Assembly: GCA_000092065.1 (NCBI GenBank)
Contig: CP000590.1
Strand: one strand, 5' to 3'
Length of the DNA stretch: 64,000 nt
Source of the DNA: Ostreococcus lucimarinus
Taxonomy: Eukaryota
Shown: positions 19,528 to 30,600 of the stretch, one piece after another
How positions within the stretch are numbered: position 1 is the stretch's first letter
Layout of the letters: each line of letters starts with the position of its first letter
Made by a program: the position numbers and the translations under genes
The notes under the pieces: model-generated
What the model was told of the DNA's origin: nothing
Database searches by the model: none
What the model saw: only the letters and a program-made list of their open reading frames with translations

Positions 19528-19582
19528 ATTTGATCATCGTTCGTGTAATACATACAGTAGCGCGCATTGCTTACTCGATGTT

Positions 19583-20377
19583 TCACCCGTGAAACCTCGG
19601 ATCGGAGCTCGACACGGGCGCGCGCGGATCGGCCGATTGCGCGGGCGCCTGCGCGATGTCTTGCGTCGTCGCCTTGCTCGCCGCGCCGTATCGCTTGGCG
19701 TACGGCAGCTCTCGCTCGCCAGCCTCCAACGCCGCGACGTTGCTCTCCAACACCTCGCGCGGAAACTTACCGACGATGAATCCCTCGCTCTCACCCGCGG
19801 CGTCCAAAAACTCCAAATGCGGTATCCCATCCACCCCGTACGCGTCCATCTCGTCGCTCCACTTCGCGTTGTCGATGTTCAACATCACAAAGTTCACCGC
19901 CTTCCCGTGCGCCGTCTCCACCGCGTACACCGTCGGCGCCGATTCCTTGCACACCTCGCACCAATCCGCGTAAAACTCCAACACCGTCGGCCTCCCATTC
20001 CTCAGCGCGTCGTCCAGCGGCGTCGACGCTCGCTCCAACTTGGCCAAATTCGCCGTCGCCGCGTTCGCCGCGCCGCCGTTTCCCGAATCTCCCACCGTCG
20101 TCGTCGCCGTCAGCGCGAACGACGCCGCGCCGACCGCGAATCCCGCCAGCGCGATCGCGCGTCCGCGTCGCCGCGTCGCGTCGTTCTCCGCCTCGAGCGC
20201 TCCGCGCGCGTCGCCGTTTCCGTCCGCGTCGTTCGCGCGCACCGCGCATCCGCGTCTCATTCGTCGCGGTCGTCGCGCCGTCGCGACGCCGCGCGCTTCG
20301 GCGACGCGCGAGGACGTCGCTCGCATCGCGATGTATCGCCCGAGCGCGCGCCGACGCGGACGCGCGACTGCGATCAC
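19583..20377 (-). CDS. HCF164: Thylakoid thioredoxin-like protein HCF164
   Basis: A WCEVC redox motif sits in the block LEFYADWCEVCKESAPTVYAVE...VNFVMLNIDNAKWSDEMDAYGVDGIPHLEFLD, which is very similar to plant HCF164. The start codon is uncertain. Confidence 0.8.
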   Translation of the reverse strand: MIAVARPRRRALGRYIAMRATSSRVAEARGVATARRPRRMRRGCAVRANDADGNGDARGALEAENDATRRRGRAIALAGFAVGAASFALTATTTVGDSGNGGAANAATANLAKLERASTPLDDALRNGRPTVLEFYADWCEVCKESAPTVYAVETAHGKAVNFVMLNIDNAKWSDEMDAYGVDGIPHLEFLDAAGESEGFIVGKFPREVLESNVAALEAGERELPYAKRYGAASKATTQDIAQAPAQSADPRAPVSSSDPRFHG

Positions 20378-20403
20378 CGACCGTCGCGCGATGACGCGAC
20401 TCG

Positions 20404-21030
20404 ATGGCGCGCGCGACGCCCTCGACGCGCGTCGGCGCGCTCGCGCGCGTCGCCGCGCGCGCGTGCGCGAAGACGGCGTGCGTCGGCGCGGGCGCGGGCC
20501 TCGGCGCGATCGCGGGCGCGGTGCTCGGCGCGCGCGCGCGGCGAGGCGCGCTCGCGGGCGCGGCGCGAGGCGCGCTCGCGGGCGCGCGCGCGCTGCTCGA
20601 GACGCTCGACGACGCGCGCGACGCGCACTATCGCGTGTTCACGGACGAACGAGGACGATTGAGGGTTGTGGAGACGTCGATACCGCGAGCGATGCGGTTC
20701 GGCGACGTCGTGCGCGCGATGCTGGAGCTGGAGTCGACGTACGAGGCGCTGGAGGCGGGCGCGGGCGCGGAGACGCGAGGCGCGAGCGCGAACGTTCTCG
20801 CGCGATTGCCGAGACGAGAGTACAGAGGGACGACGATGACGACGCGGGTGTGCGCGGTGTGTCTGGAGACGTTCGTGGACGGGGAAGTGGTGAAGCGGGC
20901 GTCGTCGACGTGTTCGCACGAGTTTCACGACGCGTGCATCGACGCGTGGCTCGCGCGACGGGATTGTTGTCCGATGTGTCGAACGCGCGCGGAGGCGCCG
21001 ACGGGACGGGTGGAATTTGAAATCGATTGA
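20404..21030 (+). CDS. RING-H2 E3 ubiquitin ligase-like protein
   Basis: A C-terminal RING-H2 domain: CAVCLETFVDGEVVKRASSTCSHEFHDACIDAWLARRDCCPMCR. Confidence 0.75.
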   Translation: MARATPSTRVGALARVAARACAKTACVGAGAGLGAIAGAVLGARARRGALAGAARGALAGARALLETLDDARDAHYRVFTDERGRLRVVETSIPRAMRFGDVVRAMLELESTYEALEAGAGAETRGASANVLARLPRREYRGTTMTTRVCAVCLETFVDGEVVKRASSTCSHEFHDACIDAWLARRDCCPMCRTRAEAPTGRVEFEID

Positions 21031-21233
21031 CGACGACGCTCGATGACGTCGTCGACTTTGACGACGAATGGGTGTTTCTCTGTACAGTACCGTAGTGTAA
21101 CTTTGACGCGACGACGATCGCGATGTAATGGACGACGCAAACGCGCGCGCCGACGCGGCGCGCCACTTCAAGACGCACGCTCTGACGACAGCGCGCGAAC
21201 GAAAAACGACGAACGCGCGCTCGCACCGAAATC

Positions 21234-21983
21234 ATGTCGCAACCCGAAGAGAGCCAACCGATGGATTCGCAACCGACGCCGTCGCAAGGCGCCGTCACCC
21301 TTCCCGAATACGCCGCGCCAGAGTGGTTGAACTCCGCGGGCGCGAGTCAGCGCGGGTTCTTCATCACGCGACAAGGCGCGAGCGAAATCGCGCTCGCGAG
21401 CGATGAAGCGCAGAAAATCATCGAAAGCGCGGCGCCGGAGTGGAAGAAAGGACACGGCAAGGACGACGCGAAGCCGTACGAGAGCGCGAAGATTGTTTCG
21501 TTGCCCGACGTCGACAACGCGGCGTACGTCGCTTTGGAACCGAGCGATTGTTCGACGGATGTCGGCGCGTTGGCGACGTGGATCGTCGAACAATTGGGCG
21601 AAGGCGCGAAATTCTTGCAACGTCCAACGCACATCAGCCGCATGATTCCCGTCGAGGGCATTTCGGGTGAGCTGGATCTCGTCGCGCTCGCCGCAAACGT
21701 CTTGCCGAAACATTTCGACGCCATCCGTCGTCGCGGTTTGCGATCGGCGACGTACGAGGTGATTTACGAGGAGTTGCATCCATCCGTGCACTTGTTTCCG
21801 AGCATCGTGAACGCGGCGATCGGGGACTGTCTGCCGGAAGGATACGAGATCGATCTCAAAAAGCCTTCGCACTCGATCATTTGCGTCGTCGCCGGCGCGA
21901 CGGCGTTCATGTCCGTCGTCGAGCACTATCGCGAAAAGTCGAAGCACTTCGCGTTGCACAAAGCGTTGAGTGCGGCGGCGTGA
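21234..21983 (+). CDS. THUMP-domain protein (THUMPD1-like)
   Basis: Weak similarity in an N-terminal ferredoxin-like block (GFFITRQGASEIALASDEA) and a THUMP-like block (ISRMIPVEGISGELDLVALAANVL). Confidence 0.4.
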   Translation: MSQPEESQPMDSQPTPSQGAVTLPEYAAPEWLNSAGASQRGFFITRQGASEIALASDEAQKIIESAAPEWKKGHGKDDAKPYESAKIVSLPDVDNAAYVALEPSDCSTDVGALATWIVEQLGEGAKFLQRPTHISRMIPVEGISGELDLVALAANVLPKHFDAIRRRGLRSATYEVIYEELHPSVHLFPSIVNAAIGDCLPEGYEIDLKKPSHSIICVVAGATAFMSVVEHYREKSKHFALHKALSAAA

Positions 21984-22100
21984 GTTCTCGCCCGCGGGAC
22001 GGCGAAAGCGTCGTCAATCAAGACCATGATGACTACCGATACAAATCTTTCAATACAACAGAATCAAATCAAAGAATATAAAGAATGAATCGCTCCGCGC

Positions 22101-23621
22101 TCACGGCTGGGCGCTGAAATCGCTTCGACTCGACGTTCGCCGAGGCCGTCGCGGTTTGTTCAGATCGAGCGAAAGTCGACGACTTAATACCGTCAGCGAC
22201 ACGAATCCTAAACCTATGACCACGAAAGGCCAAACATCTCGCCCGGGCGTGCCCGGTTTCATCGCCACCATCATCGCCACCAAGGAACCGCCGATGAGAG
22301 GCGCCACGCCTCGAGCGGCGTTGCCAAAGGTTCCGCTAAAGCCATTCACCGCGCCCAGCGTGTCCCTGGGTGAGGCGTTGTTCAAAATCAGCGAACTCCC
22401 GCCCATGATGATCGGACCGCTCATCCCACGCGCGAGACCGAGGCAAACGACGGCGACCCATGTCCACGCCTTGGACTTTTTCGCCGCGACGTGCGCGATC
22501 GGATGCAGCGGAAACGCCACGGCGTTCACCAGCAACGCGTACGTCAACAGCGTCACGATGCCGTACGCGCGACAGAGTCTGGTGAACAGAAACACTTGAA
22601 ACAGTAAAATAACGCACCCCATCACGGTGCCGAACGCACCGATTTCCAGCGAAGTCCAACCCAAACCGCCGTTCGCGACGGACGTCGCCATCCAAAGCGG
22701 CGTCATCTCCGCCCCGCACAAGACGACGGCGGTGCACCCCACCTGCGACGCGATCGCCGCGCGCACGTTCACGTCGCGCCACCACACGACCTCGTCCTCT
22801 ATACTTTCCACAGCCTTCTTCGTCGCCGCCGCCGCGTCCGCGTCCACCGCCGTCGTCTCCGCCGCGGCGTCGTCTTCGCTCGCATCCGGAAGCAGCTCCA
22901 ATTCCACGACGACCTCGACGTCGTCTCTGTTTCGATGCTTATCGATCTGCATCCACCCCCTCGCGTACGCCATCAACGTCGGCGCCGCGAGCGCCGCGAT
23001 CCATATGTTGCTCAAAAAGAACGGACGTCGCCTCAAAAACGTCGGGCACCGCGCGCCTCGCTCGCCCTCGAACGCCTTCCAATTTTCGCACGGCTCGCTC
23101 AACGCCGCCGCCAACGCCGGCGCCAGCGCGCTCGCCACCCCGTACGCCACCCCCGTCGTCGCGAACGCCCTCGCCACGTTCGTCTCGTCGCTCACCAGCG
23201 CCAACGCCGGTTTCTGCATCACCACCATCCCGTCCGCCAGCCCCTGGCACGCGCGCGCCGCGAACGCGCCGCTCGTCGTCCTCGCCATCGCGAACGCCGC
23301 CGTCGCGATCGCGTGCGCCACGCCGCTCGCGCATATCGCGCGTTCGAACCCTCGCGCGTCGCCCAGCCGTCCCCACGCCAGCGACGACGCCCCGCTCGCG
23401 AGCGGTTTCGTCGCCGTGAGCGCGCCGGCGACGAGCGCGCGCGAAGCCTCGCTCGCCTCGGGCCGCAGCGCGCGCGCCGCGAAGTACGCCGTGCTGAACA
23501 GCGCCGTCGTCCCGGCGATGGAGAGCATCGAGAACATCTGCACGACGGCGATCGTGCGCCAGTCCAGCGGCGTCTCGTCCGCGGGCGCGCGCGCGAATTC
23601 GAACGCGCGACGACGCGTCAT
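22101..23621 (-). CDS. Major facilitator superfamily transporter
   Basis: Twelve predicted hydrophobic segments. Start chosen at the Met at 23621. The ORF caller's extension to 23873 is Arg-rich and probably non-coding. Confidence 0.7.
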   Translation of the reverse strand: MTRRRAFEFARAPADETPLDWRTIAVVQMFSMLSIAGTTALFSTAYFAARALRPEASEASRALVAGALTATKPLASGASSLAWGRLGDARGFERAICASGVAHAIATAAFAMARTTSGAFAARACQGLADGMVVMQKPALALVSDETNVARAFATTGVAYGVASALAPALAAALSEPCENWKAFEGERGARCPTFLRRRPFFLSNIWIAALAAPTLMAYARGWMQIDKHRNRDDVEVVVELELLPDASEDDAAAETTAVDADAAAATKKAVESIEDEVVWWRDVNVRAAIASQVGCTAVVLCGAEMTPLWMATSVANGGLGWTSLEIGAFGTVMGCVILLFQVFLFTRLCRAYGIVTLLTYALLVNAVAFPLHPIAHVAAKKSKAWTWVAVVCLGLARGMSGPIIMGGSSLILNNASPRDTLGAVNGFSGTFGNAARGVAPLIGGSLVAMMVAMKPGTPGRDVWPFVVIGLGFVSLTVLSRRLSLDLNKPRRPRRTSSRSDFSAQP

Positions 23622-23672
23622 TAAGTGACGACTTGAACGCGAATCCGCGCGCGTCTCGTCTCGTCCGCGGGC

Positions 23673-23702
23673 GCGTCTGCGAATTCGAAGATTCGCAGAC
23701 GC
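23673..23702. promoter_or_regulatory. Perfect 12-bp-arm palindrome GCGTCTGCGAAT-tcgaag-ATTCGCAGACGC in divergent intergenic region
   Basis: The arms are exact reverse complements and the element contains GAATTC. Confidence 0.6.
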
Positions 23703-23811
23703 GCCATAAAGTGACGACGCGCGCGCGAATCGCGACGCCGCGCATCGCGACGCGACGCACGACACGCGATGCGGTGCGGCGAGACGCTCGCGACGCGCGC
23801 GCACGACGCGC

Positions 23812-23867
23812 GACGCGCGATTCGAGCGCGCGAATTCGTGACGCGCGATTCGAGCGCGCGAATTCGT
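23812..23867. repeat. Tandem duplication of a 28-nt unit GACGCGCGATTCGAGCGCGCGAATTCGT in the bidirectional promoter
   Basis: Two identical copies at 23812-23839 and 23840-23867. Confidence 0.8.
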
Positions 23868-23993
23868 AATCATCGATCGCGTCGTCGGCGCGCGCGTCGC
23901 GGACGTCTCGATGGACGCGCGGGCGCGCGCGACGCGCGAGCGCGCGCCGAGGCGACGCCGGAGACGTCGGGGATCGATTCGGACGACGGCGCG

Positions 23994-25370
23994 ATGAAGA
24001 GCGGGACGGCGGGCGCGACGGGGGGGCTGCTGGCGAGCTTTTTAGCCATGCGGCGCGGGTCGAGATTCGCGCACCAAGAGTTCTGCGCGCGGTGCGCGAG
24101 GGCGCATCGCGAGCGCGGCGTCTCGGTGACGGACGCGAGGCTGGAGAGCGCGATGATGGGGCTGTCGAGCGCGATGAAGTTCGGGACGAGCGAACAGGAC
24201 GCGTTCGCGAGCGCGGTGGCGATGGTGACGCTGACGCTGTATCGGTTCGATCGAATCGAAGCCGAGGGCGGGGAGGGAGAGGGAGAGGGAGAGGGAGAGG
24301 GAGAGGGAGAGGGAGAGGGAAGGTTGAGCGCGCGGACGTTGGAGGAGGCGAGAAAGCGCGTGGAAGAGGATAAGGAGGCGATGGGGATGTTGAAGTACAT
24401 CGAGATGACGAATAAGAACGCGGATGAGGGGTACACGCTTCGCAGGATGGAGCTCGAGCGACGATTCGCGAGCGGGGGCGAAAAGCGAACGCCGACCCCG
24501 GGCGAGTCCATCATGCGGATGAATTGCAAGCTCACGCTGTTGACGAGGGAGATGATAGAACTCGAACGCGGGATCACGCACGCGAGAAGAGGGCTGGAGG
24601 CGATGGAGGACGTCGACGCGACGGTGGACGAGACTGAAATTATTGAAATCGAGGCGCAACAGCAGTTGGCGTTGGCGTGGTGCACGAGAGAGCGCACGCC
24701 CGCGCGAGAGCTCGCGGCGGACATGCTCGTCGCGTTTTTCAGCGTCTTGACGAACCATCCAGTGGGGTACCGCGAGTTCGTTCGCGCGGCGCGAAGCGCG
24801 TACGAGGCTGGGATCTCTGCGGATGAAATCACGGGCGCGCTCGACGCCCCGGAATTCGACGTCGAGGGCACGCAGCGAGGGATGTTCGGTCGCGCCGCAG
24901 ACGCGCCAAAGATCTTCGCCGGCTTAGTCACGACAGCGTACGTGGCGTTCGAGGCCGAAGGCTTGCCTCTGCCTGCCGCTGCGAAAGGGGATGAAGATTT
25001 ATTCGCCTACGCCTCGCATCCGCGCGCATCGGACGAAGACGCCGAGTTCCAGCGACCGACAGACGAAGACACGAGACGCGCCCGCGCGCGAGGTTTGCGA
25101 AAGGCTGTCGAAGGTTGGATGGCGATGGATCGCGACGAGCTCGCGAACGAAGTTAGCGCGTCGCTATCGATCGACGAATCGATCGACGACGACGCGGCGC
25201 AGCCTTTCGCGGGATCGACGACGACGAAATCGACGGCCCCGGGCGACGGCTCTTTCGCCGTCGTCCGCGATGAGGCGTTTGGTGCTTCCTCCATAACACT
25301 CGTCACGCTACGACACCAGCGTAACATCGTGAGTTTCGTGCGAAACGATCTCGCCGTCCAAGGCGCTTAG
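23994..25370 (+). CDS. Hypothetical protein with (GE)8 repeat
   Basis: A long ORF with biased composition, including a (GGAGAG)n microsatellite that encodes EGEGEGEG. No family recognised. Confidence 0.4.
   Translation: MKSGTAGATGGLLASFLAMRRGSRFAHQEFCARCARAHRERGVSVTDARLESAMMGLSSAMKFGTSEQDAFASAVAMVTLTLYRFDRIEAEGGEGEGEGEGEGEGEGEGRLSARTLEEARKRVEEDKEAMGMLKYIEMTNKNADEGYTLRRMELERRFASGGEKRTPTPGESIMRMNCKLTLLTREMIELERGITHARRGLEAMEDVDATVDETEIIEIEAQQQLALAWCTRERTPARELAADMLVAFFSVLTNHPVGYREFVRAARSAYEAGISADEITGALDAPEFDVEGTQRGMFGRAADAPKIFAGLVTTAYVAFEAEGLPLPAAAKGDEDLFAYASHPRASDEDAEFQRPTDEDTRRARARGLRKAVEGWMAMDRDELANEVSASLSIDESIDDDAAQPFAGSTTTKSTAPGDGSFAVVRDEAFGASSITLVTLRHQRNIVSFVRNDLAVQGA
24271..24322. repeat. 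(GGAGAG)n coding microsatellite
   Basis: About 8 units, encoding (EG)n. Confidence 0.8.
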
Positions 25371-25451
25371 CCGCCGCGGTGTAACAACGAGATTTCCGAG
25401 GTCCCGACGCGAACCCAACTTCTAACCGCAAACCACCGCGCTCGGCCGACA

Positions 25452-25919
25452 ATGGCGGCGACGGTCCCGTTCGAAACGATCGATGAGTTCATCAACGCGC
25501 TCGCGAAGATTGAACTGATTCATCGACTCATAGCGAAACACGACGCGGATGACAGAGAAACGCTGGCGCCCGGCGACGATTTCTACCTTACCCCGACGAG
25601 CATTCAACGCGTGTCGCCGCGCCATAACAGATACGAATTGCTTTTCACATCCTACAAAGTGCGACAACCGCACCGCGACGCCGTGGACCAGCTGGGCTAT
25701 CTCGGCGCCGACATCAAACTCGGTTTCGACGCCGTTCGCGGCACGCAGAGCGCGAGTCTGTGCGAAGACAACAAATCGGACCGGGACATCAACGATGCAT
25801 TCTACGACAAGTGCGTGAAACGCGCGAGCGAAGTTCTCGGCGTCGAGTATCCGAGCGAATGGCTCTCGAAGTACTGCGAATTCGTCGCCAACCATTGGCC
25901 AAAGTTACCGTATCGTTGA
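25452..25919 (+). CDS. Hypothetical protein (155 aa)
   Basis: A clean ORF of typical composition with no recognisable motifs. Confidence 0.4.
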   Translation: MAATVPFETIDEFINALAKIELIHRLIAKHDADDRETLAPGDDFYLTPTSIQRVSPRHNRYELLFTSYKVRQPHRDAVDQLGYLGADIKLGFDAVRGTQSASLCEDNKSDRDINDAFYDKCVKRASEVLGVEYPSEWLSKYCEFVANHWPKLPYR

Positions 25920-25985
25920 GTCTCCGCGCGCGCGCTTCCTTCGTACATAGATTACACACAGACTACGCATCACAGACTACACACA

Positions 25986-26552
25986 TCACAGGCCCGCCTC
26001 GCGTCGCAGTTCCTCGAGGGCTCGCTTGGCGTACGAGCACGTCGCGTCCACGTGTCGCGCGAGCGCCACCTTGTAGCGATCCTCGCGCGTCCGGCCCGGA
26101 AGCTCGCCGAAAATCTTGCGCGCGACGACGAACTCCACGCACCCTCGCACCGCCTTCTTCCCCAATCCGCGTCCTCGAAGCGCTTCCGGCGTCCACGTGT
26201 GTTCCACCACGAACGTCTCGATCGTCGAGCTGCATTCTCCCGACGCGTACGCGAAGCTCAGTCCTCGCTCGTCGGGCGCCGGGTCGACGCGCGACGCCAC
26301 GGCTGACAAAATCTCGATCTCAGCGCTCTTCGGCGCGACCGAAAGCGCGCACGCGCGCGCGTGATCGAGTTTCCGCCGACTTCCGTCGTCGTCCCGCGCC
26401 GACGGCGCGCACCGACACGCCATCGCGCGATCGAGGTCGAGCGGTTCGTTGAGGACGCTGACGCACCAGTACGCGTCCGAGCCGTCGCCGCCCGCGGTGG
26501 GCGACCACGCGCCGTGGGCGCGATCGAAAAGGTCGGCGTCCTCGTCGGGCAT
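25986..26552 (-). CDS. NATD1: NATD1-like GNAT-fold protein
   Basis: The block FVVEHTWTPEALRGRGLGKKAVRGCVEFV resembles the NATD1/Gtlf3b C-terminal GNAT half. Confidence 0.55.
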   Translation of the reverse strand: MPDEDADLFDRAHGAWSPTAGGDGSDAYWCVSVLNEPLDLDRAMACRCAPSARDDDGSRRKLDHARACALSVAPKSAEIEILSAVASRVDPAPDERGLSFAYASGECSSTIETFVVEHTWTPEALRGRGLGKKAVRGCVEFVVARKIFGELPGRTREDRYKVALARHVDATCSYAKRALEELRREAGL

Positions 26553-26642
26553 GGGCGTCGAGGCGCGTCGAAGGACGCGCGCGCTCGATCCGCGCGCGGC
26601 GCTGTGGGGCGCGTCGCGTCTTCACACGTCGCCGCCGCGAAC

Positions 26643-27536
26643 ATGTCGATCCCCGATCGACCGCGCGCGCGCGGTCTCGCGTCGGCGCGGACGATACTGT
26701 TCGTCGTTTGCGCGTTCGCGATCGCGCGCGCCGCGCGCGTGGACGCTTCGGCGACGCACGCGCGGCGCGCGATGTCGTCAACACCATCGTCCGAAGCGTC
26801 CGTCGACGACGCCAAACTCCGCGCGGACTTCGCGCTGGAGGACTCCGCGCGCGCGGTGGACGTCATCGTGTACGAGGGTCCGGCGTACGACGGGTGCTGC
26901 CCGCTCGCCGGGAAGAACGAGGTCGAAGGCGGCGAGGAGATGCTCGCGTGCTGCTCGAGCGGAGGGTGTTGTCCGAGCACCGAGCCCGGCGGCGGGTTCG
27001 GGAAACATTTAGCGTGCTGCGAGAGTAAACAAGGGAGCGAGGAGCACAATAGAGCGCGATCAAGGGTGTGGTACTCCGGGCCGTCGTACGATGGGTGCTG
27101 TCCGAACGCCGATGGGGATGATTTGGCGTGTTGCGGCGCGAGCGCGGGGTGCTGTCCCGCGGACGGCGGTCGAAGGCACTCGTGTTGTCCAGATCTTCCG
27201 GTCGTACCGGCGGTCGCGCAAGGGCAGGACGAATACGAGTACGAAGACGCAGTCGATGATGGTGAGGAGCGCGAAGAGTGGGGACGATCGACGTACGACT
27301 CACAAGGTTTAGACGGCGAGGGCGAGTCGTGGACCAAGGGCGGTCGCGCCGGTCTGGAGGAATACTCTGACGTAGAGGACACATCAGTGGATGAGAATAG
27401 CTCGTCCACGATGTACTTACAACTAGCGGCGTGCGTGTGTGTGGTGGTGTGGGCCTCGGCGTTAGCCGCGGGGACGTTTTACGCACCGACGGATGGGCGC
27501 CGGGACGACGCACAAGAACACTTGCGGTTGATTTAG
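26643..27536 (+). CDS. Cys-rich type I membrane protein with duplicated vicinal-cysteine (CC) modules
   Basis: Signal peptide, then two repeats of YDGCCP...LACC...GCCP...CC, then an acidic stretch and a C-terminal transmembrane segment LAACVCVVVWASALAAG. Confidence 0.55.
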   Translation: MSIPDRPRARGLASARTILFVVCAFAIARAARVDASATHARRAMSSTPSSEASVDDAKLRADFALEDSARAVDVIVYEGPAYDGCCPLAGKNEVEGGEEMLACCSSGGCCPSTEPGGGFGKHLACCESKQGSEEHNRARSRVWYSGPSYDGCCPNADGDDLACCGASAGCCPADGGRRHSCCPDLPVVPAVAQGQDEYEYEDAVDDGEEREEWGRSTYDSQGLDGEGESWTKGGRAGLEEYSDVEDTSVDENSSSTMYLQLAACVCVVVWASALAAGTFYAPTDGRRDDAQEHLRLI

Positions 27537-27611
27537 AATTTTTAGCTTGTCAGAATAGTGAATTAAGGCGTGATGAATTACATTTCTCCTAACGAGTGCA
27601 AAATGTGATTT

Positions 27612-30600
27612 TTAAGCGGTTTGAGCGACGGCGACTTCCACAGCCGCGCGGCTCGCGACGAGGTTTCTGTCGCCGTAGACGTCGTCGATGCGAGAGGTTT
27701 GCGGCCAGAACTTGTGAGAGCGAGTCCATTCAACCGGGAACGCACCGAGATCGCGCGGGTACGGGCGGTTCCACTCCTTCGCGGTGACGACCTCCGCGGT
27801 GTGCGGGGCGTTCTTGAGAACGTTGTTCTCGCGGTCCACCTTACCGTCCTCAATGTCGCGGATTTCACCACGAATCGCGATGAGAGCGTCGCAGAATCGA
27901 TCGAGCTCCGCCTTGGACTCGGACTCGGTCGGCTCAATCATCAACGTACCGGCGACCGGCCAAGACATCGTCGGCGAGTGGAAACCGTAATCCATCAAGC
28001 GCTTCGCGATGTCCGCGACTTCGACGCCGGTGGCATCCTTGATCGGGCGCATGTCGAGGATGAACTCGTGCGCGCACGTGTCGTTCTTGCCGCTGAAGAG
28101 CACCGGGTAGTAATCCTCCAAGCGCTTGGACATGTAGTTGGCGTTCAAGATGGCGCGCTTAGACGCGTTCGCCAAACCTTCGGAACCCATCATAGCGATG
28201 TAAGAGAAGGAAATCGGTAAAATGAGCGCGGATCCGTACGGGGCAGCCGCGACGACACCGAAGGGCTTGTCCCCGCCGACGGCGACGGCACCATCCTTCA
28301 TGGACGGGTGATCCGGCATGAAGGGCGCCAAGTGCGCCTTGACACCGATCGGGCCCATACCCGGGCCACCACCACCGTGCGGAATGCAGAAAGTCTTGTG
28401 CAAGTTCAAGTGGCACACATCCGCACCAATGAAACCCGGAGAAGTCAAACCGACTTGGGCGTTCATGTTGGCGCCGTCCATGTACACTTGACCGCCGTGT
28501 TGGTGAATGACTTCGCAAATTTCCTTGATGTCTTCCTCGTAGACACCGTGCGTCGACGGGTACGTAACCATGAGAGCCGCCAAGTTCGCGGAGTGCTTTT
28601 CGGCCGCAGCCTTGAGCTCGGCGACGTTGATGTTACCCTTGGCGTCGGTGCCAATGACGACGATCTTCATGCCGCACATCGCGGCGGACGCCGGGTTGGT
28701 ACCGTGCGCGGAAACCGGGATGATGCACACGTCACGGTGGTGGTCACCGCGAGATTGGTGGTAGGCACGGATACCCATCAAACCAGCGTACTCACCAGAC
28801 GCACCAGAGTTCGGCTGGAGGGACATGGCGTCGAAGCCGGTGATCTCGCAGAGTTGCTTTTCGAGACCGCGGAACATCTCTTGGTAACCAAGCGTTTGAT
28901 CTTTCGGCGCGAACGGGTGAATGTTCGCAAGCTCCGGCCACGTGATCGGAATCATTTCAGTCGTTGCGTTGAGCTTCATCGTGCAAGAGCCGAGAGCGAT
29001 CATGGAGTGAACCAAGGAGAGATCCTTCTCTTCCAAGCGCTTGAGGTAGCGCACCATCTCGTGTTCACTGTGGTACTGGTTGAACACCGGGTGGGTCATG
29101 AATTCAGACTTACGCGCCATCGGCATGGTCGTGTTCACAGACGGCGCAACTTGCGCGACGGTGGGCGCGGCAGCGCCACCAGCGAACACCTTGAAGAGAG
29201 CGTCGACGTCGGCGATTTCTGTGGTTTCGTCAAACGCCAAAGAGACGTGGTCGGCGTCCATCTTGCGAATGTTGATGCCAGCGGACGCGCACGCCTTGAC
29301 GATGGCATCCGCGCCACTCGGGCACTTCAGCGTGACGGTGTCGAAGAACTCCGGGGTGGTGTTCTTGAAGCCAAGCTTTTCGGCACCGGCGGCGAAGACG
29401 GCGGCAAAGTCGTGCGAGCGCTTGGCGATTTGCTTCAAGCCCTCCGGACCGTGGTAAACACCGTACATGGCAGCTATGTTGGCCAACAACGCTTGCGCGG
29501 TGCAAATGTTCGAAGTCGCCTTGTCACGACGGATGTGTTGCTCGCGCGTTTGCATCGCCATGCGAAGCGCCGGCTTGCCTTCGGCGTCGATGGACTCGCC
29601 GATGATGCGGCCCGGCATCAAACGCTTGCAGTCGTGCGTCGTCGCCAAGAAGGCAGCGTGCGGACCACCGTAGCCCATGGGCACGCCGAATCGCTGAGAT
29701 GAACCGATGACGATGTCAGCACCCCATTCACCCGGAGGTTGTAACATGGTGAGCGACAACAAGTCGGCGGCGGCGACGACGCGAATGCCGTTGGCTTGCG
29801 CCTGGGACACGATGGGCTTGTAGTCGATGATCGAACCATCCGTGGCCGGGTATTGCACGAGAACGCCGCAGACATCCTTCGCGGTGTAATCGAAAGAGTT
29901 CTCATCGCCCACGACGGCTTCGAGACCCAAACCTTCGGCGCGCGTCTGCACCACCGCGATGGTTTGCGGGTGGCACTTGTTCGACACGTAGAACTTCGGC
30001 TTCTTACCGCGGTTCAACGCAGAGCACATCGTCATCGCCTCCGCCGCAGCCGTGCCTTCGTCCAACAACGACGAGTTAGACAGCGGCATGCCGGTCAAGT
30101 CGGTAATCATCGTTTGAAAGTTCAACAACGATTCCAGGCGTCCTTGCGACGCCTCCGCCTGGTACGGCGTGTACTGCGTGTACCACCCCGGATTTTCCAA
30201 AATGTTACGCAAAATCACCGTCGGCACGTGCGTGCCGTGATACCCGGTCCCGATGTAGTTCTTAAAAACCTTATTCTTGCTCGCCATGTTCTTCATCATC
30301 GTCAAGAATTCGCTCTCCGTGAGCGGCTGCGTGTACTCGCCCATGTCCATCGTCTTCTTCAGGCGAATATTTTCCGGCACCGTCGCGTCGATCAGCGCGT
30401 CGATGTCCTTGAACCCGATCACCGCGCACATCTCCGCCACTTCTTGCGTCGTTCCGGAGTTATGTCGTCGCTCGAACGTGTCCAGCGGCTTCAGCGCTTC
30501 GGTCGAGACCGCCCGCGCGCCGGATGCGATGAGCGACGTCATCCCCCCTCTCGCGCGCGCCGTCGTCGCGGCGACGCCCGCGCTGCGTCGCGCGATCGCC

